The position numbers and the translations under genes are program-made. From the IMG/VR virus record IMGVR_UViG_2822641076_000001, positions 121,830 through 153,621 of that record: 31,792 bases of DNA; one strand, written 5' to 3'. The notes under the pieces were generated by a model. That model ran no database searches, had not been told where the DNA came from, and saw nothing but the letters and a program-made list of their open reading frames with translations. How positions within the stretch are numbered: position 1 is the stretch's first letter; every line of letters starts with the position of its first letter. This document shows positions 15,323 to 25,256 of the stretch, piece after piece. This DNA comes from a virus (lineage: Duplodnaviria > Heunggongvirae > Uroviricota > Caudoviricetes).

Positions 15323-16300
15323 TTATCGAACTTCTACGAATGATGGGCTTGCAGTGATGTAGAAGTATTTACACTTGTACATCTTAGAACCGTTAACCAT
15401 TAGCTCATCCACGATAGTGAACGCTTCGCCTTTTTTAACAGTCTTCTCTTTATCATTCCAGTCAGCAGAGCTGTAAACCCATAGCTCATCAACTTTAACT
15501 ACAACTAACTTACCTGCATTACCAGTATTTCTACGAGCAAAAGTGATGTATGAAGGGTCTCCATATACCCATTGGTCTCCGCCAAGATTTAACCATCCAT
15601 CTTTCTCAGCCCAAACAACATAGCTTTCGCCATTGTTCAACTTACGAAGAACCGTGCTGTTTGTGCTTGGAGCATTACGAAGATTAATGTTAGCCCCTTC
15701 GATATATGCGATACCAAGACCTTGAGTACCTGCATCTTTACCATTTCCACCACTTGGAGGGGCAATAGTGTTGCCACCATTAGTAGCTCCTTCTACCATT
15801 CTCTTAAATCCATCGAATCCACCTTTGCGGTCTAGGATTGGACGTGGGCAATATTTACCGCTCCAACGTTGATGTGGAACAACATTTCCTAAGCCAATTC
15901 CAGTGTATCCCATTAGGAATTTAACTAATTTAGCAACGTTTGCTAATGCTTGTTCAAAGTTACCGTCAGAGTTTTCACAAGTCTCGATACCGATAGATTG
16001 ACGGTTTCCTGTTCCACTTGCTCCATCACCTGCGTGCCAACCATTTTCGTTTAACGGTAAATGTTGAACAATGCGCTTGTCATCTACTGTGAAGTGCCAA
16101 GATACACCTGCTGAACCTCCACCATTATTAACGAAGTTTGAATGCGCTCTTGCATCTGCGCCTTTGCTCTTATTCTCAGTTGTGTGAACTGTGATAAACT
16201 TAGGACTCATAGAATATGCAGGACGGTTACTATTTCCTTTCGGGATGATTCTTGCCTCGAATGGTACTCCATTAATACTGCTTACATTTAATACTGTCAT
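15323..16300 (-). CDS. endolysin, N-acetylmuramoyl-L-alanine amidase (Amidase_2, XlyA-like) with SH3b-type cell-wall-binding domains
   Basis: ITVHTT, SWHFTVDD, GWHAGDG, SIGIETC, VVPHQRWSGKYCP; C-terminal NINLRNAPS...GWLNLGGDQW. Confidence 0.93.
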   Translation of the reverse strand: MTVLNVSSINGVPFEARIIPKGNSNRPAYSMSPKFITVHTTENKSKGADARAHSNFVNNGGGSAGVSWHFTVDDKRIVQHLPLNENGWHAGDGASGTGNRQSIGIETCENSDGNFEQALANVAKLVKFLMGYTGIGLGNVVPHQRWSGKYCPRPILDRKGGFDGFKRMVEGATNGGNTIAPPSGGNGKDAGTQGLGIAYIEGANINLRNAPSTNSTVLRKLNNGESYVVWAEKDGWLNLGGDQWVYGDPSYITFARRNTGNAGKLVVVKVDELWVYSSADWNDKEKTVKKGEAFTIVDELMVNGSKMYKCKYFYITASPSFVEVR

Positions 16301-16410
16301 AAAAACATCTCTCCTAATAATTTAATTTGTTTTCCAAAAACCAAAGTTACGGACGACTAGTTAAGCACTACATATAAATCACTCCTTTCAAGTTTCATTA
16401 TTTTTTACAC

Positions 16411-16854
16411 TTATAATCTTTTTTTAGAAAGCTCGTCTCCTTTTTGTTCCTGAGCTTCCTTATAGTGTTCTAGGTACTGAATGATGAACTGTGGCACGGG
16501 TACACCTAAAAGCATTAAATTTTCTGTGATGGAGATGCCCTCCACAGCTACGTAGAAACCTACAACAATTGTTCTAAAGATTGGCATGTCATTTCCCAAC
16601 ATTTTGTCCATCATATTTGCGATGATAATTACAACTAAGATTCCTGCTTTACGGAAAAGACCATACATCATTACACGGCTTCTTACACCACTTGTGGAAG
16701 CACCTTTTGCAATCCCTGTTAATATATCTAGAGCCATAAAAGTAAATAGCACTCCTAGAGATACATGCCAACTTCCAAACAGGTAATTTACAAGTGCAGT
16801 AAATGATGTAACCCATGCATAGTAAATAGATTGGTTGTTTAAAGCTACATTCAC
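16411..16854 (-). CDS. phage holin (holin_4/TcdE-like family)
   Basis: GTG 16854 after SD AAAGGAGG; LDILTGIAKG...GLFRKAG...EGISITENL..LGVPVP. Confidence 0.88.
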   Translation of the reverse strand: MNVALNNQSIYYAWVTSFTALVNYLFGSWHVSLGVLFTFMALDILTGIAKGASTSGVRSRVMMYGLFRKAGILVVIIIANMMDKMLGNDMPIFRTIVVGFYVAVEGISITENLMLLGVPVPQFIIQYLEHYKEAQEQKGDELSKKRL

Positions 16855-16915
16855 GGTTATCCTCCTTTCTGTTTTCTTTTTATGTGAAATGAAAGGAAGG
16901 GAACGCTTGCCCTTC

Positions 16916-19900
16916 TCAATCATTTTTCATCTCTCCTAATAATTTCATTATTTTTTCCATTTGTTCTTTAAGTTGAAGATTCTCTTCTTTAATAGAATGA
17001 ACCTCTTCTTCTAAGGATTTAACCTTCTTATTAAGCTCTTGTGTACCTTTCCATAGCATAGCTTCAACCGCATATGAAGAAATACTTCGGTCATCTCTGA
17101 CAATCTCATCAGGTGACTCCTCTACCACTAGACCAAGTTGATTTGCGCCAGTTGTTAAAATATTGTTGTTATATACATCTAAATGTTGTAATTTCTTTGG
17201 TGGTTGACATGTGTGTCTACCAAAATCAATCATGTCGTATGTATAAACAGGCGTGTCACAAATCTTATCTAATGCACTCTTCTCATATTCTTTGATGTTG
17301 GTTTTCCACTTACTTAAAGATGGACGAAGATAATCATTCGCTAAAACGTTCTTGAATCCATTGTCTGTTGAACGTTTGAACTCCATAACGTTACCACCAG
17401 TGTAGTCTTTTATCATTGACTCGCCTACAATCATTGCAGGATAATCAAATCGTTTAAATCCACCAAGATACTTGTATCTAGCAGAGAACATATGCTCATT
17501 GCCTTTGGATTCGTATGTCAAGTCATCACCTAAGTGACCAATTGTACCTGCTGTACCAACTGCTACTTCTTCAAATGGTAGTTGTCCATTTTTTAAATGA
17601 ACAAGTGAATCATCAGGATTATAGATACTTGCCACAGTACCTTCTACAAGTTGTGCGCCATCAAATGCTACCCATCCTACACCAAATATATCTAAGTTTA
17701 GTTTGAATCCATAAGGTAGGTTATTAGGTGCTGTAAAAGTGTACGAGCTTCGATTGATTGAACCATCTAGTTTAGTTTGTGCGAATTGGTGTCCTGACAT
17801 CTGTGTAATCGCATTGCCGTTTTTATCAACAAATTGAATACGAATATTAGGATATCCCTGCACCAGTTTTCCGCCATCAGATGCACATCTAGCAAATGCA
17901 CTAAATGTGTAAGTTCTACCTTGAGCAATGGTAGGTGATTCTAATACTCCACGAACCCAGTGAGAGGAATTTACTTTAATTGCTTTACTACCGAATAGAT
18001 GTGGTCTATTTGTATAATCACCAGTATCAATCTCAAGTCTTGGTGCGCCCAACTGCTTCCAAAATGGAGAGTGAGCAATGGTAAATGTACTATCTGCATC
18101 GGGTACAGTTCCATTTGGAGTCATGAACTCAAAACTATGGTCGGGAATAAGATTTGAACGTGGAATAATAGAATAAGTCGAGTCTGTATAAGCATCTTTC
18201 AGCAGAAAATCAGCATCAGATACGGTTACTCCTCGTGAATCTAATTTAACTTTGTTGTTTTCAATGGAAATCCTATCTGCATCAATCTTACCTGCTTTAA
18301 GAGACCTCACATCAAGTGTCTCAGCTTCAACGTGTCCACCGTGGACTTTGACTTGCTTAGCACAATATAGCTCCCACTCATAGATATGGTTGCCGTTATT
18401 AAACACGTTACCATTCGCATACAATCGTAGGTATCTAGCAGAGATTGCAGGAGTAAAGTTATCAATCGTAGGGTTGTACTCTTTGTTTCCACTTTCTTCC
18501 TCAGAAATAGATGTAGCCCATCCTTTATTTCCACTCTTACCTACAGCATAATTCCAATTCGTTTTATCAGTAGAATACTTAATTTTGTACCAATAGAATC
18601 GTTTACCACCAGTGTAGAAGAATGCTCTAGATTCAGAGATTCGATATGTCTTACCTAAATCAATCTCAATATAGCTACCTTCTGCACCATTGTTACTCTG
18701 ATTCCCACTACCAAATTGAGAGAATACGTTGTAATCAACTTTGTTCTTACCATTTGTAGGTGTTGTTCCTGAGTTTGCAGGGACAGGAGTGAATCCACTA
18801 ACAGGCTTACCTCTTGCAATGTTTCCTTCTTGAACCTCGCCTTCACCAACCGTAAGTTTGTCTGTTGTAATAGACTCAACAGCTAAATGCTTACCTTTGA
18901 TTGTGCCATCAACAATTAATGTTCCCTCTGACATTCTCTTACAGAATAAAGAATCAAACATCGTGTAGTTATTAGCATTCTTTTCTCCGCCAACAGAAAC
19001 ACCAATTCGCATCGCAACGACACCTTTTGGAATAGTCACTGTCCAAGCGATTTGCTTCCAAGTTGTATTCAATGTATCAGAGCCGATAAGGTGATTAACT
19101 ACTTTACCTGCTTTATCTAATATTTGAACAATGAATGTTCTTGTCGTATCAGAACCACTCAGAAGTCTTGCTTGACCTTCAAGGTAATATTGCTCACCTT
19201 CGATAACTTTCATAGGCTTGCTATCGTAAATATCATTAAACTGACCATTCCACTTGATTCTCAAGTAATGATTTCCTTGATGAGCATTAGTAGGGTCATT
19301 GATAATTTCAAAGGTATTACCTGTGAATCCTAAGTTTCCGTACTCCATCGTTCCGTTACTAAACAGGTTATCCCAGTTACCAATCGCAACTTTATTCGAA
19401 ATGATAGATTCGTTTTTCAACTTTCCTCCATCAATTTCCGTCGTACCTGTAGCAGTCCATTGGTCAACACGCTCATAAGCTGTATCCCATGATTTGCGGT
19501 CTTTAACGAGTTGAAGATTCGCATTCTTGATTTGTTCTTTCGCTTCATTCGCTGATTTATTTGCTTCATCAGCTTTCTTCTTAGCCTCATCAGCAGAACC
19601 TTGAATCTTAGTGGAAACCGCTTTTAAGAGTTTGACTTTCGTATCATAATAGTCTTTGAATTTATTTCTAAACTCATCACCATTGATAACCGATGCAGGT
19701 ACAACAGGGAAAAGGATTGGTTTTAAGTAAGCGTCTAATGCATTGTAAGCGTTTATGAAAGCTGTTTTTTCAGCGCCAATACCATACTGATTTGCCTGAG
19801 CTTCTAAGGTTGGTTTCTCAGCCGAAATTTCCTGTAATTCCTTCCTTATGCCTAGTTTCTCATAAGGTGTAATTACATTGTCATCAGCCATTTCATTTAA

Positions 19901-22900
19901 TTCTTTCAAAGCATTACTTGCTTTGTTTTGAGCTTCATTAGCTTTACCTTGTGCGTTATCAGCTAACTCTTTAGCTTTATTACTAATAGTCTTTTGTAAA
20001 TAAGCCTTCTTATCGTAAACAGTCTTGAACTGACCACGTAAAGTGTCTCCTACAATATCAGATGTATTAGCCATGTCCTTTAAAATTGGAGCTAAATAAT
20101 TTGCTAAAGCATTTAGAGCTTCTTCATATCTAGTCTTCTCTGTCGTGATTTTGTAGTAATCTGCATTTGCTACAATGTTTGCTCTTTCGGCTTGCAGAAC
20201 TTCTAACTCTCTCTTGATAGTTTGTTTCTCTGTGGCTGTTAACTTATCATCACGAATCATTTCCATCAGTTTGTCAGTTGCTTTTTCAGCATCACCCGAA
20301 GCTTTGTTCCACTTGTTTGCATCTTTGATGAATTTCTCATCTAACTGACCACTTGCTCTTGTTAGATTGAAAGTACCATCAGCATTGAATGTCTTTTTAA
20401 GATTTCCATCAAAGGAATCAAATGTAACTTTACCTTTAAGATTAATCTTCTCAGACAACATCTCAATTGCTCGTGCAGTTTGAATGATTTGTGAAGTGAT
20501 TGCTTCACCATTAATCTGATTCGTTTCAGTAACTACTAAACTGATTTTGCCTGCAACTTGTTCAATCATAGAGTTCAATTCTGTCGCTAATTCGTCAACA
20601 TGAGGTGTCCAAGAAGTGATAACTCTACCAAGCTGTAACATTGGACGTGCGAACCACATCGTACCATTCTTTCTCACACTCAATGTAATTCTTATTCTAG
20701 TTGCCTTTGCAGGAACAGTTCCCATTACAGAAATTCGTTTCCATTTCTTATTATCAATAGCTTGATAATCTTGTTGTGTCTCAGATAGATATGTATCACC
20801 TTCGTAGTATTGAATAGCGATTTTCCCACCTGCATCAAGGTCATATTTCTCTACATACTGATAGACACTTGCAGTATATTGTTGACCTTCTTTACAATCA
20901 ATCCACTCAGAATTAGCAGTCGTAAATGAATTGGTTGTTTGATTTTTAGCAGAAACTTTGATTGAATTTGAACCTTCAAACTTAATGTTTCGGTCTACAT
21001 CGACACTGCGATTTGCATCCTTAGTAGTTGTCCATTTACCTAATCCATTGTCGAACTCAGTATCATGCAACATGTTATTTGATGATAAAAACTTCACATC
21101 ATCTTTGCTATAAACATCATTAGCATCAGCTTTATTCTTGAATTGAGTAGATTTTGTAACAGTACTTACGATTGCATCGTCAGTGATTTTTTGCTGTGCT
21201 TCTCTTAATTGTTGAGCTAAACTATCAGCATTTTCAACCATATCTTTGAACGCTTTACTATTTGTTACCTTCGCAACAATCCTGTCTTCTCCAACTTCAA
21301 ATGATACCTCTGTGATGTTCTCTTGAAGCTTATCTAATAATTTATTTCTAAGTTGGTCTTCGGCAGTGTAGTAAGCTCTGAACTTATCATTAAATGTCTT
21401 TCTGACAATATTAGTAGCTACACTCATATTGCTAGCATCCAACAGTGGCTTATCTCCATGCTTCTCAACGAATAGGTAGCGGTTTAACTCAGTATATTTC
21501 TGTTCTAGAACCTTTAACTCTATTGGTCTTTTTGAAGCTTCAACCCACATCTTTACAGCCTGTCCGTTTAAGTTTTTGTAATTTTCAGCTATTTTATCCC
21601 ATTCTTCTTTTGTTCTACTCTTTTCGTATGAAGATAGCACACTATCATTTGTGAACTCTTCGAAGAAATTATTTGAACTTGTCCATTTTTCAACTAAGTT
21701 TACCGTCTTATCACCAGTGCGAACCTTAAATGCCTTAGCATCAATTTCTACACCGTTCTTATCAAACTTAAATGTTCCTGCTTCATTGACCATGTCTAAG
21801 TTTTCACCTGCAATGATTTGACCAATGATTCTTTCAGCGACAATACCCGTTGGCTTGATTGCTGTTTTCCAAGTCTCACCATTATCACGACTCAATGCTA
21901 GTACACCCGATTGAGCTACCAATACATCGTTTGGATAATCAGGATTACGGATAATGATACCTCGACCACCAATAGTTACAGAGTTATTTACACCTGCATT
22001 AATCTGCTGTTTCGTTGCATCCCATTCACTAGACAGTAATGATTGAACATCTTTAGAAACGTCTTTTACTTGATTCCACTTTGACTTATTGCTCTCAACT
22101 GTTGCCGATGCATGTGAAGATTGATAAAGCAATTTGATTAATTTATCTTCATCCGTCTCGATATTAGTCACGTTAGCAATCGTCAGTGAAATGGATGCGC
22201 TTTCAAAATTGTAGTTAACACCAATAATAGTAGCCAACGTATTAATCCCCATTTGAGGATATGCAATGTGTATCTTGTCACCTAATCGAACCTTGTCCCA
22301 GTTATGTTGCTCATCGACAATTTCCAATAGGTTTACGATGTCGATATTAATAACCATTGTTGGCTCACGAAGAGTTTTAAATGCCTCTTTACCTGCTTGA
22401 TACAGCTCTTCGGGGTCAGTGATTCTATCATCGCTCCATTCCTTCTCGATGATATAAAGATTTCTTTCTTCGATAAGATGAGGCTCGAAATTGTATTCAA
22501 GAGATAAAGAATCTCTCATTTCATATAGCTCGTCTTCTACTTCATTCAATCTCTGTCTGTAACTTCTAAGTATAATTTGCTGTGTTCTTAAAGCACTTGC
22601 CTTAGCTTTCTTCTCTTGAGTTAACTCTTCAGTTAGCTTTTTATTCTCAGAAGCTTTTGCCATATCTAACTTATCCATCGTTACATTCAATTGACCTTCT
22701 GCAAGTGTTACTTGTGTTTCTTGCTCAGCAACTAGTGTTGATTCACTAATTTTTTGGTCAATCAATCGTTTGACTTCAAGTTTATTCTTCTCAATCTTCT
22801 CATCTAAATCTAGGATAGCGTGACATAATTCATCACTCATATAGTAGCTACTGCGAATCACATTTTTCTTAGCATCACGCTCGAATGGATACATGAAGAA

Positions 22901-23653
22901 GCTAAAATCTTCTAAATATCCTACACCAGTAGGGCTTACTGAGTTAATTGATAGTCCATCACTACCATAAACCTTTAATCTTGTAACCATTTCATCCGTC
23001 GTTCTTTCACGGCTAATGGTATTTAGATACTTGCCATAGTTAATTGTAAATCCACGATTTTTACCAATTTCTTCGGCTTTATATAATTTAATTTCTCTAT
23101 TTTCTGTATCCCAAACAAGTACAGCATTCAATGTTTGAGCGATTTGAATCACTGCATCTAAAGCTGTAGTTGAAGAGAAATCATATGCTCTGTACATATT
23201 TTCTAGCTCAGCAGACATTTCACTGATATACCAACCTGTTCCTGATAAAACATCAGCAAATACTTGTCGAGGGCTATATGACTCAACGTTGTATTCACGA
23301 ATAATCTTACCTGCTAATTCGTATCCAAGAGAAATTGCACTGACTGTCATTTTGTCGATATCACTACCATCATCAGTAATGGCTTTAATCATAAACCATT
23401 CTTTATGTGCGCCCACTTTGACCTTTGTTAAGAAACGTTCCCTCACTAAAGCTGTGTTTGGATTGTCAATTAACTGGTGATTAAAATCAACTTTATAAGG
23501 GATAGTGAACGTAAGCTCGTTTAAATCACCAAGCTTCGTATCTAATGAGATTTCGGATGCTTCCGATAATCGAGATACCACTCGCATATTAGGTTTTGCT
23601 AAATGCAGAACTGGTTTCTGTGGTCTTTTGGTTCTATCTATGTCTAAAAACAT
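16916..23653 (-). CDS. Tal-type central tail spike / receptor-binding protein with CBM-like modules, F5/8-type domain and C-terminal intramolecular chaperone (S74)
   Basis: N-terminal prophage-tail fold (ELTFTIP...WFMIKAITD...TRLKVYGSDGL); NLxxxxxFE CBM-like starts; YIEIDLG...ARYLRL; PSLSKWKTNI...GLVVEE...LWKGTQEL coiled coil. Confidence 0.85.
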   Translation of the reverse strand: MFLDIDRTKRPQKPVLHLAKPNMRVVSRLSEASEISLDTKLGDLNELTFTIPYKVDFNHQLIDNPNTALVRERFLTKVKVGAHKEWFMIKAITDDGSDIDKMTVSAISLGYELAGKIIREYNVESYSPRQVFADVLSGTGWYISEMSAELENMYRAYDFSSTTALDAVIQIAQTLNAVLVWDTENREIKLYKAEEIGKNRGFTINYGKYLNTISRERTTDEMVTRLKVYGSDGLSINSVSPTGVGYLEDFSFFMYPFERDAKKNVIRSSYYMSDELCHAILDLDEKIEKNKLEVKRLIDQKISESTLVAEQETQVTLAEGQLNVTMDKLDMAKASENKKLTEELTQEKKAKASALRTQQIILRSYRQRLNEVEDELYEMRDSLSLEYNFEPHLIEERNLYIIEKEWSDDRITDPEELYQAGKEAFKTLREPTMVINIDIVNLLEIVDEQHNWDKVRLGDKIHIAYPQMGINTLATIIGVNYNFESASISLTIANVTNIETDEDKLIKLLYQSSHASATVESNKSKWNQVKDVSKDVQSLLSSEWDATKQQINAGVNNSVTIGGRGIIIRNPDYPNDVLVAQSGVLALSRDNGETWKTAIKPTGIVAERIIGQIIAGENLDMVNEAGTFKFDKNGVEIDAKAFKVRTGDKTVNLVEKWTSSNNFFEEFTNDSVLSSYEKSRTKEEWDKIAENYKNLNGQAVKMWVEASKRPIELKVLEQKYTELNRYLFVEKHGDKPLLDASNMSVATNIVRKTFNDKFRAYYTAEDQLRNKLLDKLQENITEVSFEVGEDRIVAKVTNSKAFKDMVENADSLAQQLREAQQKITDDAIVSTVTKSTQFKNKADANDVYSKDDVKFLSSNNMLHDTEFDNGLGKWTTTKDANRSVDVDRNIKFEGSNSIKVSAKNQTTNSFTTANSEWIDCKEGQQYTASVYQYVEKYDLDAGGKIAIQYYEGDTYLSETQQDYQAIDNKKWKRISVMGTVPAKATRIRITLSVRKNGTMWFARPMLQLGRVITSWTPHVDELATELNSMIEQVAGKISLVVTETNQINGEAITSQIIQTARAIEMLSEKINLKGKVTFDSFDGNLKKTFNADGTFNLTRASGQLDEKFIKDANKWNKASGDAEKATDKLMEMIRDDKLTATEKQTIKRELEVLQAERANIVANADYYKITTEKTRYEEALNALANYLAPILKDMANTSDIVGDTLRGQFKTVYDKKAYLQKTISNKAKELADNAQGKANEAQNKASNALKELNEMADDNVITPYEKLGIRKELQEISAEKPTLEAQANQYGIGAEKTAFINAYNALDAYLKPILFPVVPASVINGDEFRNKFKDYYDTKVKLLKAVSTKIQGSADEAKKKADEANKSANEAKEQIKNANLQLVKDRKSWDTAYERVDQWTATGTTEIDGGKLKNESIISNKVAIGNWDNLFSNGTMEYGNLGFTGNTFEIINDPTNAHQGNHYLRIKWNGQFNDIYDSKPMKVIEGEQYYLEGQARLLSGSDTTRTFIVQILDKAGKVVNHLIGSDTLNTTWKQIAWTVTIPKGVVAMRIGVSVGGEKNANNYTMFDSLFCKRMSEGTLIVDGTIKGKHLAVESITTDKLTVGEGEVQEGNIARGKPVSGFTPVPANSGTTPTNGKNKVDYNVFSQFGSGNQSNNGAEGSYIEIDLGKTYRISESRAFFYTGGKRFYWYKIKYSTDKTNWNYAVGKSGNKGWATSISEEESGNKEYNPTIDNFTPAISARYLRLYANGNVFNNGNHIYEWELYCAKQVKVHGGHVEAETLDVRSLKAGKIDADRISIENNKVKLDSRGVTVSDADFLLKDAYTDSTYSIIPRSNLIPDHSFEFMTPNGTVPDADSTFTIAHSPFWKQLGAPRLEIDTGDYTNRPHLFGSKAIKVNSSHWVRGVLESPTIAQGRTYTFSAFARCASDGGKLVQGYPNIRIQFVDKNGNAITQMSGHQFAQTKLDGSINRSSYTFTAPNNLPYGFKLNLDIFGVGWVAFDGAQLVEGTVASIYNPDDSLVHLKNGQLPFEEVAVGTAGTIGHLGDDLTYESKGNEHMFSARYKYLGGFKRFDYPAMIVGESMIKDYTGGNVMEFKRSTDNGFKNVLANDYLRPSLSKWKTNIKEYEKSALDKICDTPVYTYDMIDFGRHTCQPPKKLQHLDVYNNNILTTGANQLGLVVEESPDEIVRDDRSISSYAVEAMLWKGTQELNKKVKSLEEEVHSIKEENLQLKEQMEKIMKLLGEMKND

Positions 23654-23750
23654 CGTATTGCTTACTTCCCCTTTCGTATTCTAAGAAAACCCAAAATAGA
23701 CAGATGCATATGCACCTGCCTTGTTCAGATTCATTATTTATTACACTTGT

Positions 23751-23826
23751 ATCATACCATAAAATCTGACAATTGTCAAACTAGTCTTAACTCATAATTA
23801 TAACATAAAATACTGATTTTATGCAA
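23751..23826 (-). promoter_or_regulatory. tandem sigmaA-like promoters with palindromic operators upstream of the spike/lysis genes
   Basis: TTGCAT(23821-23826)-N18-TG.TATAAT(23797-23802); TTGACA(23774-23779)-N17-TG.TATGAT(23751-23756); CATAAAAT-ACTG-ATTTTATG at 23804-23823; TGACAATTGTCA at 23767-23778. Confidence 0.7.
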
Positions 23827-23843
23827 GATGTAAGATATAACCC

Positions 23844-24695
23844 TTAGTATTTTTCGTCAGTTAAATACTCAAATTCGGGCGGTGTAATTTTTTTCAGATT
23901 ACACACCTTTCTCAATTGCTGAACAGTTGCCCAATTTCTAAGGAATCTATCTTTCCACTTAGGATAATCTTTGCTAGTTGGACTTGGCTCTACTTTAGTA
24001 GGCTTTTCCTCAACAACCTCTTCAACCACATCTTTTGCTTCCTCTTTAATTTCATCATTTGTTTTATCTTGTTTTTCTTTGATAATTTCATCAACAACTT
24101 CTTTGACAACTTCTTTGATTTCGTCTTTTAAACCTTCTTTGTCTTTATCTTTCATACCTTCAATTACTTTATCAGTTACTTCTTCAACGATTTTTTCTTT
24201 TTCAGAATCATCAATAACTTTAACTTCATCAATAGTAGCCTTACCATCTTTTTCGTCTTCTTGCTCTTTTACTTCGGCTACTTCTTCTTTTGGCTTTTCC
24301 TCTTTGATTTCACCTGTTGTTTCCTCATTAACTACTTCTTCAACAACATTGCCTTCATTTGGGGATACTTCTTTTTGCACTTCATTTACTGTTGGATTTT
24401 CTACAAGACCATCCTCAACATCAGTTACAGTCGCTTTATCCTCTTCTACTTTTGTCTCTTTTAATTCATCGACTGTCTCACTTTCGTCCTCGACTTCTCC
24501 TTCGACACCTTCATTTAATACTGGTGTCTCATCTTTGATTGTCGGCTCAGTCACATCCACTTTATTTTCAACTTCAACTTCATTTGCAGTTTCTTTTTGC
24601 ACTTCTTCTAGTGGTGTTACTGTTTCATCCGTAATAACCTCTTCATTTGCTGTATTCATTTCATCACTTCTCATTAAGAATCTTGGTTTTGCCAT
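23844..24695 (-). CDS. XkdX-like domain fused to a long acidic low-complexity N-terminal extension
   Basis: C-terminal YPKWKDRFLRNWATVQQLRKVCNLKKITPPEFEYLTDEKY; strong SD AGGAGG; position after fibre and chaperone genes. Confidence 0.75.
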   Translation of the reverse strand: MAKPRFLMRSDEMNTANEEVITDETVTPLEEVQKETANEVEVENKVDVTEPTIKDETPVLNEGVEGEVEDESETVDELKETKVEEDKATVTDVEDGLVENPTVNEVQKEVSPNEGNVVEEVVNEETTGEIKEEKPKEEVAEVKEQEDEKDGKATIDEVKVIDDSEKEKIVEEVTDKVIEGMKDKDKEGLKDEIKEVVKEVVDEIIKEKQDKTNDEIKEEAKDVVEEVVEEKPTKVEPSPTSKDYPKWKDRFLRNWATVQQLRKVCNLKKITPPEFEYLTDEKY

Positions 24696-25240
24696 TATTC
24701 TGTACCTCCTACTAATCCATCTATCTTCTCTTCTAATTCCATTAATTTAATTTCTAAATCAGTTAACTGTTGACCTAATTCGTCTTTCTCTTCTTTAAGC
24801 TTTTCGTTCTCCTCAGTTAAACTAATCTCTAAGTCTGTCATTGTCTGACCTAATTCATCGTGCTTTCCACTTTGTTCTACTAGGTCAATTTCAAGGTCTG
24901 AAACTTGTTGACCTAGTTGTTCATTCGTCTCACCATGCTCCATCAGTTGAATCTCTAAATCTGAGATTTGCTGACCAACCATTTCCTCTCCTGTTGGCAC
25001 ACGATTTTCTCGCTCTTGTTTCAACCATTCCTTTTCAGTCATAGTATCAGACCATGTTTTTGTCTTCGGATTAAAAATAGCCACTCCATAAACAGTTATA
25101 GGTGGCTGAACATCTGTGCAATTTGAAGGGATAACCAAATAGCTATCCCCTGTTTCTTCGTCTACTTCTATAGGAAGTTCAAAATCATGAACAGGTTGCA
25201 CGTATTCAAACTTTTCATTAAACATGTAAAAAATACTCAT
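24695..25240 (-). CDS. tail-fibre assembly chaperone-like (XkdW-position) protein with coiled-coil repeats
   Basis: ATG 25240 after SD AGGGG; NCTDVQPP..YG.AIFNP...W; four GQQ(I/V/L)(S/T)DLEI.L.E repeats. Confidence 0.7.
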   Translation of the reverse strand: MSIFYMFNEKFEYVQPVHDFELPIEVDEETGDSYLVIPSNCTDVQPPITVYGVAIFNPKTKTWSDTMTEKEWLKQERENRVPTGEEMVGQQISDLEIQLMEHGETNEQLGQQVSDLEIDLVEQSGKHDELGQTMTDLEISLTEENEKLKEEKDELGQQLTDLEIKLMELEEKIDGLVGGTE

Positions 25241-25256
25241 TTCATTCCCCTTTCTT

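Noticed and set aside
17113-23480. Short ORFs inside the spike gene on either strand
   Set aside because: Expected by chance in a 6.7-kb gene; no SD or motifs
23971-24750. 259-aa Ser/Thr-rich + strand ORF (also 23916..24131 and 24261..24464)
   Set aside because: Antisense shadow of the acidic low-complexity gene; no SD
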